A DNA stretch of 24,000 bases from Candidatus Caldarchaeum sp. (GTDB taxonomy: Archaea; Thermoproteota; Nitrososphaeria_A; Caldarchaeales; Caldarchaeaceae): contig JAWBKB010000013.1 of NCBI GenBank assembly GCA_038831915.1, positions 1 to 24,000 on the forward strand. The letters run 5' to 3'. Positions within the stretch are counted from its first letter, which is position 1. Each line of letters starts with the position of its first letter. Position numbers and translations under genes: made by a program. The notes under the pieces were generated by a model that ran no database searches, had not been told where the DNA came from, and saw only the letters and a list, made by a program, of their open reading frames with translations. This document shows, piece after piece, positions 16,410 through 23,378 of the stretch.

Positions 16410-18695
16410 TTACCCGATAACACCATTGTCATCGAAGCTGAAAGGCCTGATTGGGAGTTTTTTGACGCGTTTACCCGTAGCGTCGTAAATCGCGTTGGCT
16501 ATCGCCGCAGCGGTAGGTATGCAGCCTGTTTCGCCTATTCCTTTCGCTCCGAAGGGTCCGGCTGGGTCTGGTGTTTCGATGAAAACTGCCTTGATTTCCG
16601 GTGTTTCAACCGCTGTTGGCAATAGGTAATCCATGAAAGATGCATTCACCACACGTCCTTGTTCAAGGACGAGCTCTTCATACAAGCTGTATCCTATACC
16701 CATCAAGACGCCGCCGTGAACCTGTCCTTCTGCGGCAGCAGGATTGAGGATGCGGCCTGAGTCATGCACGGAGATAACCTTCAAAACCTTCACCCACTTG
16801 GTTTCAGGATCGACCTCGACTAAAACAGCCTGCGCGCCGAAGACGTATGCAGCTGACAGGTTGCCCATCCATCTTTCATCCTGCATTTCTGTCGGCGGGT
16901 CGTAATAGGCGGACACAACGATGTTACTTCCGCCCTGGCGGAAATGAATTCTACGCACCAGTTTGTCGAATTCAATTTTCATCGACGGGTTTTGCCGGTC
17001 GTATACGATACCCTTTTCAAACACGATATTGTCTTCGGTTGTTCGGAGCTCCTCTGAGGCAGCTTTGGCTAGAATCGCTTTGACTCGTCGCGCGGCTAAA
17101 AAGGCGGAGTTGCCCGCGACGAAGGTTGCTCTGCTTGCGTGTGTTCCGACGTCCCATGGCCTTATTGATGCGTCGTCGTTCACGACTCGGACGTTTTGAA
17201 CATCAATTCCGAGTTCTTCTGCGACTATTTGTGCGATGGCCGTGTCGGAGCCTGTTCCGAGGTCAGTCGAACCCGTGATAACCGTGACCAAGCCAAAGTC
17301 ATCAATCGTCAAAATTGTGCCACATCCATCAGAACGGTACACACGGGCTCCGCCGCCGACGTGGAAGAAAGCCGCCAACCCGATTCCCCGGTTGTAGCCA
17401 GCCATCCCCCGCCCTTTCCAACCGATTAATTCAGCGGCCTTTCTCAAACAAGCTTTCATCTCACACGTGGTGATTTTCATCCCCTGGGGAGTAACGCTGT
17501 ATGGTTCGTTTGCGTTGATGAGGCGGAATTCGACCGGGTCCATGCCGAGTTCCTCGGCGAGTGCGTCCATCTGCTGTTCGATGGCGAAAGTGATTTGCGG
17601 ATTGCCTGCACCTCTTTGGGTTCCGGTATACGGGTTGTTGGTATACACTATTTTTGCTTCGAACCATACATGTGGAAGGTCGTAGAGACCGGTTGTTGTG
17701 GCCATCATGACGCGTGCGTCGAAGGGCCCCCATGAAACATAGGCTCCGGCATCGAGGATTACACTGGCTTCACGGGCCAAAAGCTTACCACTCCGGTCTG
17801 CAGCGGAACGCATGTAAATTATCGCGGGCTGCCGTGGCGGTGCGTATTGGAGTTCTTCTTCGCGGCTAAACACTAGCTTCACAGGTCTTCGAGTCGAAAT
17901 CGACAAAGCCGCAGCTATGGGGTCGAGCGGATAAAGATCCATACCACGGCCAAAAGCTCCTCCTATTTCGGGCTGTATCACTCGAATCTTTGCAGGGTTG
18001 AAACCGAGAGTTTTCGCGAGTTCATGACGGTAGAGAAACGGAGCTTGAGTGTTTGTATAGACAATCAGCTCACCTAGGTCCGTGTAATGAGCCACCACAC
18101 CCATCGTGCCGAGAGGCGAGGCATTCATATATTGGACCTGATAACGGTCTGAGATAACCGCCGCGGCTTTCTCAAAAATCTGGTCGAAGGATTCTTTGTC
18201 TAATGTGGTGAAATTCATTTTGAGGTCGACGACGTTGCTTCGGTTTTCCTCGTGGACGAGTGGAGCATCAGGTTCCATGGCTTTTTCCGGGTCGAAAACT
18301 CCCTCAAGCGGCTCATATTCGACTTCGATTGCTTCAACCGCTTCTTCTGCTTGCTCAGGAGTTTCCGCTGCAACAGCGGCGATTTCATCCCTGACCGACC
18401 TGACTTTGCCCGTTTTAAGCGGCGGATGGTCCTGTAGAATTCCCATGTTCCTAAATCGTGTGTCGTATCCAGTTATTACAGCCCTGACGCCCGGCATGCG
18501 ACGAGCTTTTTCGGTGTTGATGCGGATGATCTTTGCATGCGGATACCTGCTTCGCAAAATCTTCCCATAAAGCATGTTGGGAAGCTCAACATCATCAACG
18601 TATCGGGCCAACCCACGAACCTTAGATAGTCCATCAATCTTTGGAATCGACTTGCCAATTACTCGATACCTCTCAGCATAAGTAAGCATGGGCAA
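16410..18695 (-). CDS. Molybdopterin-binding large subunit of a xanthine dehydrogenase/aldehyde oxidase/CoxL-family molybdenum hydroxylase
   Basis: 761 aa. It has the N-terminal a/b-hammerhead motif (IGKSIPKIDGLSKVRGLARYVDD...LYGKILRS.YPHAKI), the central GTQRGAG motif and a C-terminal GAKGIGE. Neither the form I nor the form II CoxL active-site loop is recognisable. No 2Fe-2S or FAD subunit genes lie adjacent. Confidence 0.88.
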   Translation of the reverse strand: MPMLTYAERYRVIGKSIPKIDGLSKVRGLARYVDDVELPNMLYGKILRSRYPHAKIIRINTEKARRMPGVRAVITGYDTRFRNMGILQDHPPLKTGKVRSVRDEIAAVAAETPEQAEEAVEAIEVEYEPLEGVFDPEKAMEPDAPLVHEENRSNVVDLKMNFTTLDKESFDQIFEKAAAVISDRYQVQYMNASPLGTMGVVAHYTDLGELIVYTNTQAPFLYRHELAKTLGFNPAKIRVIQPEIGGAFGRGMDLYPLDPIAAALSISTRRPVKLVFSREEELQYAPPRQPAIIYMRSAADRSGKLLAREASVILDAGAYVSWGPFDARVMMATTTGLYDLPHVWFEAKIVYTNNPYTGTQRGAGNPQITFAIEQQMDALAEELGMDPVEFRLINANEPYSVTPQGMKITTCEMKACLRKAAELIGWKGRGMAGYNRGIGLAAFFHVGGGARVYRSDGCGTILTIDDFGLVTVITGSTDLGTGSDTAIAQIVAEELGIDVQNVRVVNDDASIRPWDVGTHASRATFVAGNSAFLAARRVKAILAKAASEELRTTEDNIVFEKGIVYDRQNPSMKIEFDKLVRRIHFRQGGSNIVVSAYYDPPTEMQDERWMGNLSAAYVFGAQAVLVEVDPETKWVKVLKVISVHDSGRILNPAAAEGQVHGGVLMGIGYSLYEELVLEQGRVVNASFMDYLLPTAVETPEIKAVFIETPDPAGPFGAKGIGETGCIPTAAAIANAIYDATGKRVKKLPIRPFSFDDNGVIG

Positions 18696-18828
18696 TCAAC
18701 ATCGATTGTATGGTTTAAACCTGTCGGATGCGTCAGAGAATGTGGAATCGCAAGAGCTTCTGCAAACTGAGCAACCGGAATAAATATAAAATCGAGATTA
18801 GACCATTAAGGGCTGAGGTTGTGTCGAT

Positions 18829-19974
18829 TTGTTATTGATGATTCCCGGTCCGACTGAAATTGATGAACGTGTTATCCGTGCTATGGCTCGTCAAATGATT
18901 GACCACCGTTCAGAAGAATTTCGCTACCTTATGAAAAGCGTTGTTGAGAAGCTGAAAAAAATCTTAGAAACAAACAACGACGTTTTTGTCTTGACTTCGT
19001 CGGGGACCGGTGGGGTTGAAGCTGCCGCGGCCAATCTAACGATGCCCGGAGATCAAGTCTTGATTTTGTCCGCCGGGCTTTTCGCGGAAAGGATGGCGGA
19101 AGCTTTCGCGGCGTATGGAGCAAACGTGATAAAATACACGCTGGACAACGGACGCGGCCCAAACCCCGAAGACGTGAAAAAAGCTCTCGAACACCATCCC
19201 GACGCCGCAATAGTCGGTTTTCCGTACAACGAAACTTCCACGGGAATTGTATCAAAGGACGTTAAGGAAATCGGGAAAATTTGCCGTGAACACGGTGCTT
19301 TGTTGGTGACGGACGCAGTGACGGCAGTCGGAGGAGTGAGAGTGGCCGTCGACGAATATAACATAGACTTCTGCATCACCGGTACTCAAAAATGTCTGGC
19401 TACACCGCCGGGCCTCGCGGTCGTGTCGGTTTCCAAACGAGCTTGGGAAAAGATTGAAAAGAAGAAGTTGAGGCCGCCGTATTTCGACCTCGTCAAATAC
19501 CGCCACTTCATGGAAAGGTGGGAAACACCGTTCACGCCTGCCATTACTCTGTTCTGGGCTTTCGACGAAGCGACGAACATAATCTTTGAATATGGTTATG
19601 ACCGGTGGCTTGCAAGACACACTGCTGGAGCCGCGGGTCTTTACGCAGGACTTCGCACCTATGGGCTTGAGTTTTACGCGGGCCGAGGTTACGAATCACC
19701 CATCGTGGCTGCGATGCATATACCACCAGGTTTAACTGACTCAGCCATCCGAGAAACCATGAAGAAAAAATTCGGCATACTGATAGCTGGTGGTCTCGCG
19801 CATTACAAGGGAAAAATGTTCAGAATCGCCAACATCGGATTGATAAGCCGCGACAAAATCGCATCAACCATTTTCGCTTTAGGCAAAACTCTGAAATCCC
19901 TTGGACTCGAGGTCAACCCCATGGAAGCCGTGGAAAACGCAGAACGCGAAATGGACAGACTATGGCCGAGCTAG
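18829..19974 (+). CDS. Class V PLP-dependent aminotransferase (serine--pyruvate / alanine--glyoxylate aminotransferase family)
   Basis: 381 aa. N-terminal LLMIPGPTEI. PLP-lysine context (ITGTQKCL). TDAVTAVGG. The TTG start has GAGGT (18815-18819) 9 nt upstream. An alternative start is ATG 18838. Confidence 0.88.
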   Translation: MLLMIPGPTEIDERVIRAMARQMIDHRSEEFRYLMKSVVEKLKKILETNNDVFVLTSSGTGGVEAAAANLTMPGDQVLILSAGLFAERMAEAFAAYGANVIKYTLDNGRGPNPEDVKKALEHHPDAAIVGFPYNETSTGIVSKDVKEIGKICREHGALLVTDAVTAVGGVRVAVDEYNIDFCITGTQKCLATPPGLAVVSVSKRAWEKIEKKKLRPPYFDLVKYRHFMERWETPFTPAITLFWAFDEATNIIFEYGYDRWLARHTAGAAGLYAGLRTYGLEFYAGRGYESPIVAAMHIPPGLTDSAIRETMKKKFGILIAGGLAHYKGKMFRIANIGLISRDKIASTIFALGKTLKSLGLEVNPMEAVENAEREMDRLWPS

Positions 19975-19975
19975 A

Positions 19976-20413
19976 ATGTATTTCGAAGAATTAACCGTCG
20001 GCCAGGAATTCGAAACTCGTTCGAGACTGGTAACGAGCTCGGACATCGATTTATTCTCGGCCCTCACATGGGCTGCTAACCCGCTTTTTCTAAGCGACAC
20101 AGCGGCTAAAACAAAAGGGTTTCAGACAAGGATTGCACCTGGAGCTCTTGTTCTTTCGTACACCATCGGCCTTCTCTATCAAACCGGTTTATTCGACCAT
20201 ATCACGGCGCTCGCGGCGATAGACAAGCTGAACTTTAGGTCTTCAACCAGTCCCGGTGACGTCATAAAGGCAAAAGCCAGAGTGATCGAAAAGAAGGAAA
20301 CCTCAAGTAATGACAGAGGTCTCGTCAAGCTGGCTGTGGAATGTTTTAACGAAACACGGCAGACAACTGCTTTCACCGCGGAAATGCTTTTCGTAATGCA
20401 GCTTAAAATTTAA
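19976..20413 (+). CDS. MaoC-like hot-dog-fold protein (enoyl-CoA hydratase 2 family) with a degenerate catalytic motif
   Basis: 145 aa counted from ATG 19976, which lies 1 nt after the aminotransferase stop. The track ORF (19901) extends upstream into the preceding gene. The layout is MaoC-like (ELTVGQEF...VTSSDIDLFSALT...NP...APGALVLS). The hydratase motif G-D-x-N-P-[LIV]-H reads W-A-A-N-P-L-F. Confidence 0.72.
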   Translation: MYFEELTVGQEFETRSRLVTSSDIDLFSALTWAANPLFLSDTAAKTKGFQTRIAPGALVLSYTIGLLYQTGLFDHITALAAIDKLNFRSSTSPGDVIKAKARVIEKKETSSNDRGLVKLAVECFNETRQTTAFTAEMLFVMQLKI

Positions 20414-20437
20414 ACAAATTCGCTTCTTTTTGACACC

Positions 20438-21157
20438 ATGGACCACGGGTTGACGAAGCTTCTCTACCTTGACGACTCGTATCTCCGAAAGTTTTCCGGC
20501 AAAGTCGTTAAAGCGGCTGAAAACTGGGTTGTTCTGGACCAGACGGCTTTTCATCCTCGCGGCGGAGGATTAGTGTCTGATGTGGGAAAGGTGAGGTGGG
20601 AGGGCTTCGAATCCGCTGTGGTTGAAGTGGTTTTCGGCGAGGACGGCGTGGTTCACAAAGTTGATGGGATGAGGCCCGATGAAGGAGCTGTGGTTGAAGG
20701 TGAAGTTGACTGGGAAAAGAGATACAGAATCATGCGAATGCACACAGGACTGCATGTGTTGGCGGCGACCATGGTTGAGAAGACCGGCGCACTCATCACT
20801 GGAAACAACGTATCCTACGATTCAGGTCGAGTCGATTTCAGCCTCGAAACGTTTGACAGAGAGTTGATGGAGGAAGTGGTGGCGGAGACCAACCGTCGAC
20901 TTGCACAGAGCCGTGAAGTAAAAACATACTACATGGAAAGGGAGCAGGTTCTGAATACTCCTGGAATGGTTAAACTTGCAGGAAGACTTCCCCCTAACAT
21001 CCCGATTCTCCGCATCGTCGAGATAACAGGTCTCGACATTCAGGCTGACGGAGGCCCACATGTCAAAAACACATCTGAAGTCGGCTCGATGATAATCACG
21101 AAACTCGAAAACAAGGGGAAGACAAACCGCCGCATGTATTTCACCGTCATCCCTTAA
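20438..21157 (+). CDS. alaX: AlaX-type alanyl-tRNA editing (Ser/Gly-tRNA-Ala deacylase) domain protein, AlaX-M-like
   Basis: 239 aa. The N-terminal segment is typical of COG2872/AlaX (LYLDDSYLRKF...VVLDQTAFHPRGGGLVSDVG). The HxxxH zinc motif is present (MHTGLHV). The second zinc motif reads DGGPHVKNTSEVG where CxxxH is expected. Confidence 0.8.
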   Translation: MDHGLTKLLYLDDSYLRKFSGKVVKAAENWVVLDQTAFHPRGGGLVSDVGKVRWEGFESAVVEVVFGEDGVVHKVDGMRPDEGAVVEGEVDWEKRYRIMRMHTGLHVLAATMVEKTGALITGNNVSYDSGRVDFSLETFDRELMEEVVAETNRRLAQSREVKTYYMEREQVLNTPGMVKLAGRLPPNIPILRIVEITGLDIQADGGPHVKNTSEVGSMIITKLENKGKTNRRMYFTVIP

Positions 21158-21161
21158 ATAA
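21154..21161 (+). promoter_or_regulatory. TATA-like box (TTAAATAA) upstream of the C/D sRNA candidate
   Basis: Centred about 26 nt upstream of the first base of the C box (21184). It overlaps the alaX stop codon. Confidence 0.4.
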
Positions 21162-21183
21162 TCCAGAAAAACAGTCTAATTTG

Positions 21184-21245
21184 ATGATGAGACTGACCTG
21201 TTCAGAGAGCATCGAAAGCTCTGTGACGAACATACACCTCTCTGA
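21184..21245 (+). ncRNA. Candidate box C/D sRNA (2'-O-methylation guide)
   Basis: The elements in order are as follows. C box AUGAUGA (21184-21190). A 12-nt guide, GACUGACCUGUU. D'-like CAGA (21203-21206). A 16-nt spacer with the GAGC/GCUC hairpin. C'-like GUGACGA (21223-21229). A 12-nt guide, ACAUACACCUCU. D box CUGA (21242-21245). The region is intergenic, has no ORF and has its own TATA box. Confidence 0.55.
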
Positions 21246-21254
21246 ACCAACAAG

Positions 21255-21262
21255 TTTATAGA
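21255..21262 (+). promoter_or_regulatory. TATA box (TTTATAGA) for the PPOX-family gene, leaderless
   Basis: Centred about 25-26 nt upstream of ATG 21283, with no SD motif. Confidence 0.5.
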
Positions 21263-21282
21263 AGGTTCAACTTATTACAGAC

Positions 21283-21675
21283 ATGGCGAAATTATCGGAT
21301 GCCGAATTAAAGTTCGTGCAGTCCAACGAGCTTTGTCGACTGGCGACATCTGACGAACACAACCAGCCGCATGTAGTTCCCGTCGCCTACATTTTCACCG
21401 ACAACAAGTTCTACATCGCGACTGATTATGGAACCAAGAAACTCGCAAACATCAAGAAAAACAACAAAGTTTCACTAGTTATAGACAAATACAAGCCAAA
21501 CAAAGCCGTGCTTGTTTTAGGCAAAGCTTCGATTCTGGAAAAAGGCGAAGAATACCGGAAAATTTATCAAAAATTTTACGAAAAATTCACTTGGGTAAGA
21601 AAAAACCCGTGGAACGAGGGAGAAGCACCTTTCATAGTGGTTGAGCCGGTGAAAGTGGTTTCTTGGGGACTGTAA
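21283..21675 (+). CDS. Pyridoxamine 5'-phosphate oxidase-family (split-barrel) FMN/F420-binding protein
   Basis: 130 aa with the typical PPOX-class layout (LCRLATSDEHNQPHVVPVAYIF.DNKFYIATDYGTKKLANIKKN.KVSLVID). Confidence 0.78.
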   Translation: MAKLSDAELKFVQSNELCRLATSDEHNQPHVVPVAYIFTDNKFYIATDYGTKKLANIKKNNKVSLVIDKYKPNKAVLVLGKASILEKGEEYRKIYQKFYEKFTWVRKNPWNEGEAPFIVVEPVKVVSWGL

Positions 21676-21722
21676 AATCAAACGGTTAAAAATCAGCGCT
21701 ACACGCGAAGAGATGCATAGAG

Positions 21723-21938
21723 TTGATTTCGCCCGGCAAATGGTCTGACGAGCAGCGAATCGAAGTTCTGCGGTCAAGTATCGGAAACGTCATGATAAAC
21801 CTCAAAATTATAGCAAATTCCCAGTTAGCGAATCAGCTCGGCTTGCTAAATGACGATGAGAAACAGATTTTGCTAAAAGCGGCAGAAATAGCATTGAACA
21901 TGATGAAAAGAGGCAAGGAAAAAGGGTTATTCAAATGA
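21723..21938 (+). CDS. Small hypothetical protein (71 aa from TTG, or 48 aa from the internal ATG)
   Basis: This is the only ORF in a 311-nt gap. TTAAAAAT (21686-21693) lies about 30 nt upstream of TTG 21723. The composition looks helical and coding-like. No family was recognised. Confidence 0.3.
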   Translation: MISPGKWSDEQRIEVLRSSIGNVMINLKIIANSQLANQLGLLNDDEKQILLKAAEIALNMMKRGKEKGLFK

Positions 21939-21955
21939 CTTTTGTCAAGGGAAAG

Positions 21956-21963
21956 TTAATTTT
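21956..21963 (+). promoter_or_regulatory. TATA-like box (TTAATTTT) for the amidohydrolase gene, leaderless
   Basis: Centred about 27 nt upstream of ATG 21987. Confidence 0.42.
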
Positions 21964-21986
21964 GGCCAAAACCACTTCCAAATAAC

Positions 21987-23378
21987 ATGTCGCGATATCT
22001 CATTCAAGGAGGGTTTGTGGTTCCCGTCGATGGAAGCAGAAGAATTATCCGCGACGGATGTGTGCTCGTTGATGGTGACCGAATCGAGGCAATTGGGCCG
22101 AAACAGGAGGTGATGAAGCTTGCAGCGAGGGCGGAAGTCGTCGATGCAAAAAACTGCCTCATCATTCCGGGGCTCATTGACACCCACGTCCATCTTGCCC
22201 AAGCTCTTCTGCGTGGGGTCGTGCCAGACAACCTCACTCTGATTCCCTGGCTGCGTGACTGGGTTTGGCGCTTTCTCGGCGTATACGACAAAGGGGACGG
22301 CAAAGCAAGCGCAGCACTCTGCATACTTGAAATGCTGAAAACCGGTACGACAGGTTTCATAGAGATACACATACACACTCGCTATGGCTTTGATGGCATA
22401 GCTGAGCTGGTTGAAAAATCAGGAATCAGAGGAGTTTTGTCAAAAACAATCATGGATATGAAAGGATATGCATCGGAGGAGAACATCATGCCAGCATCTA
22501 TGATAGAAGATGGCGAAGCGTGTATCAGGGAATTCAAGGAAATGCATAGAAGATGGAACGGCCGAGGCGACGGCAGGATCGATGTCTGGCTTGGTCTCCG
22601 AAGCGCGGGGGCTGTATCGGACAAGCTTTACCACGAAGCCGCAGCGCTCGCAGAAGAATACGACACAGGTATCACCAATCATCTCGCAGAAGTGCGCGAA
22701 GACTTGGAATTTTACCGTAAGGCGTATGGAACCAGCCCGTCCGGGTTTCTGGAAAAATTCAACATGCTCGGCGAAAGACGTGTCTACGCGCACTGCGTCT
22801 GGCTGAACGAGGAGGATATGAGAAAGTTCGCGGCAACGGGCACAACCGTCGCTCACTGCCCTTCTTCGAATATGAAGCTCGGATCGGGTATAGCCCCTGT
22901 ATCCGACATGCTAAGGCTGGGGGTCAACGTGGGGCTTGGATGCGACGGTGGACCAAGCAACGACAGCTACGATATGATACGAGAGATGAAGATGGCATCA
23001 TGTTTACAGAAAGTTCGGACATTAGACCCAACATCTATTTCGGCATGGGATGTTTTGACGATGGCAACGCGGAACGGCGCCCGTGCTATGGGAAAACTTA
23101 ACGACCTCGGCAGTTTAGAACCCGGCAAAAAAGCAGACATCGTAATTGTCAGTCTCAAAAGGCCCTCTGTAACACCGATCTCCAACCCTGTTTCGCTTCT
23201 GGTCTACGCAGCTTCTGGAGAAGACGTAAGAGACGTTATGATAGACGGCAAATTCGTCGTACGAGACAAACAAGTTCTCACTCTAAACGAAGAAGAAGTA
23301 ATCAGAAACGCGAACAAACATTTGGAAAGAATAATTTCAAAAGTCGACCCGAGCATAGACCTGCTCAAAACGATGTAG
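21987..23378 (+). CDS. mtaD: Amidohydrolase-superfamily nucleoside deaminase (5'-methylthioadenosine/S-adenosylhomocysteine deaminase MtaD/DadD-like)
   Basis: 463 aa. It has the HxH metal motif in the context IIPGLIDTHVHLAQ, then ITNHLAEVRED (the HLAE motif of MTA/SAH deaminases), a later HC and a GLGCDG Asp motif. Confidence 0.82.
   Translation: MSRYLIQGGFVVPVDGSRRIIRDGCVLVDGDRIEAIGPKQEVMKLAARAEVVDAKNCLIIPGLIDTHVHLAQALLRGVVPDNLTLIPWLRDWVWRFLGVYDKGDGKASAALCILEMLKTGTTGFIEIHIHTRYGFDGIAELVEKSGIRGVLSKTIMDMKGYASEENIMPASMIEDGEACIREFKEMHRRWNGRGDGRIDVWLGLRSAGAVSDKLYHEAAALAEEYDTGITNHLAEVREDLEFYRKAYGTSPSGFLEKFNMLGERRVYAHCVWLNEEDMRKFAATGTTVAHCPSSNMKLGSGIAPVSDMLRLGVNVGLGCDGGPSNDSYDMIREMKMASCLQKVRTLDPTSISAWDVLTMATRNGARAMGKLNDLGSLEPGKKADIVIVSLKRPSVTPISNPVSLLVYAASGEDVRDVMIDGKFVVRDKQVLTLNEEEVIRNANKHLERIISKVDPSIDLLKTM

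Noticed and set aside
18835-18882. C/D-sRNA-like half motif: UUGAUGA, then 12 nt, then CUGA, then AA, then UUGAUGA
   Set aside because: After the second box and a further 12 nt the sequence is UGCU, not a D box. The whole segment is the 5' coding region of the aminotransferase (L-M-I-P-G-P-T-E-I-D-E), and the repeated TTGATGA is explained by its codons.
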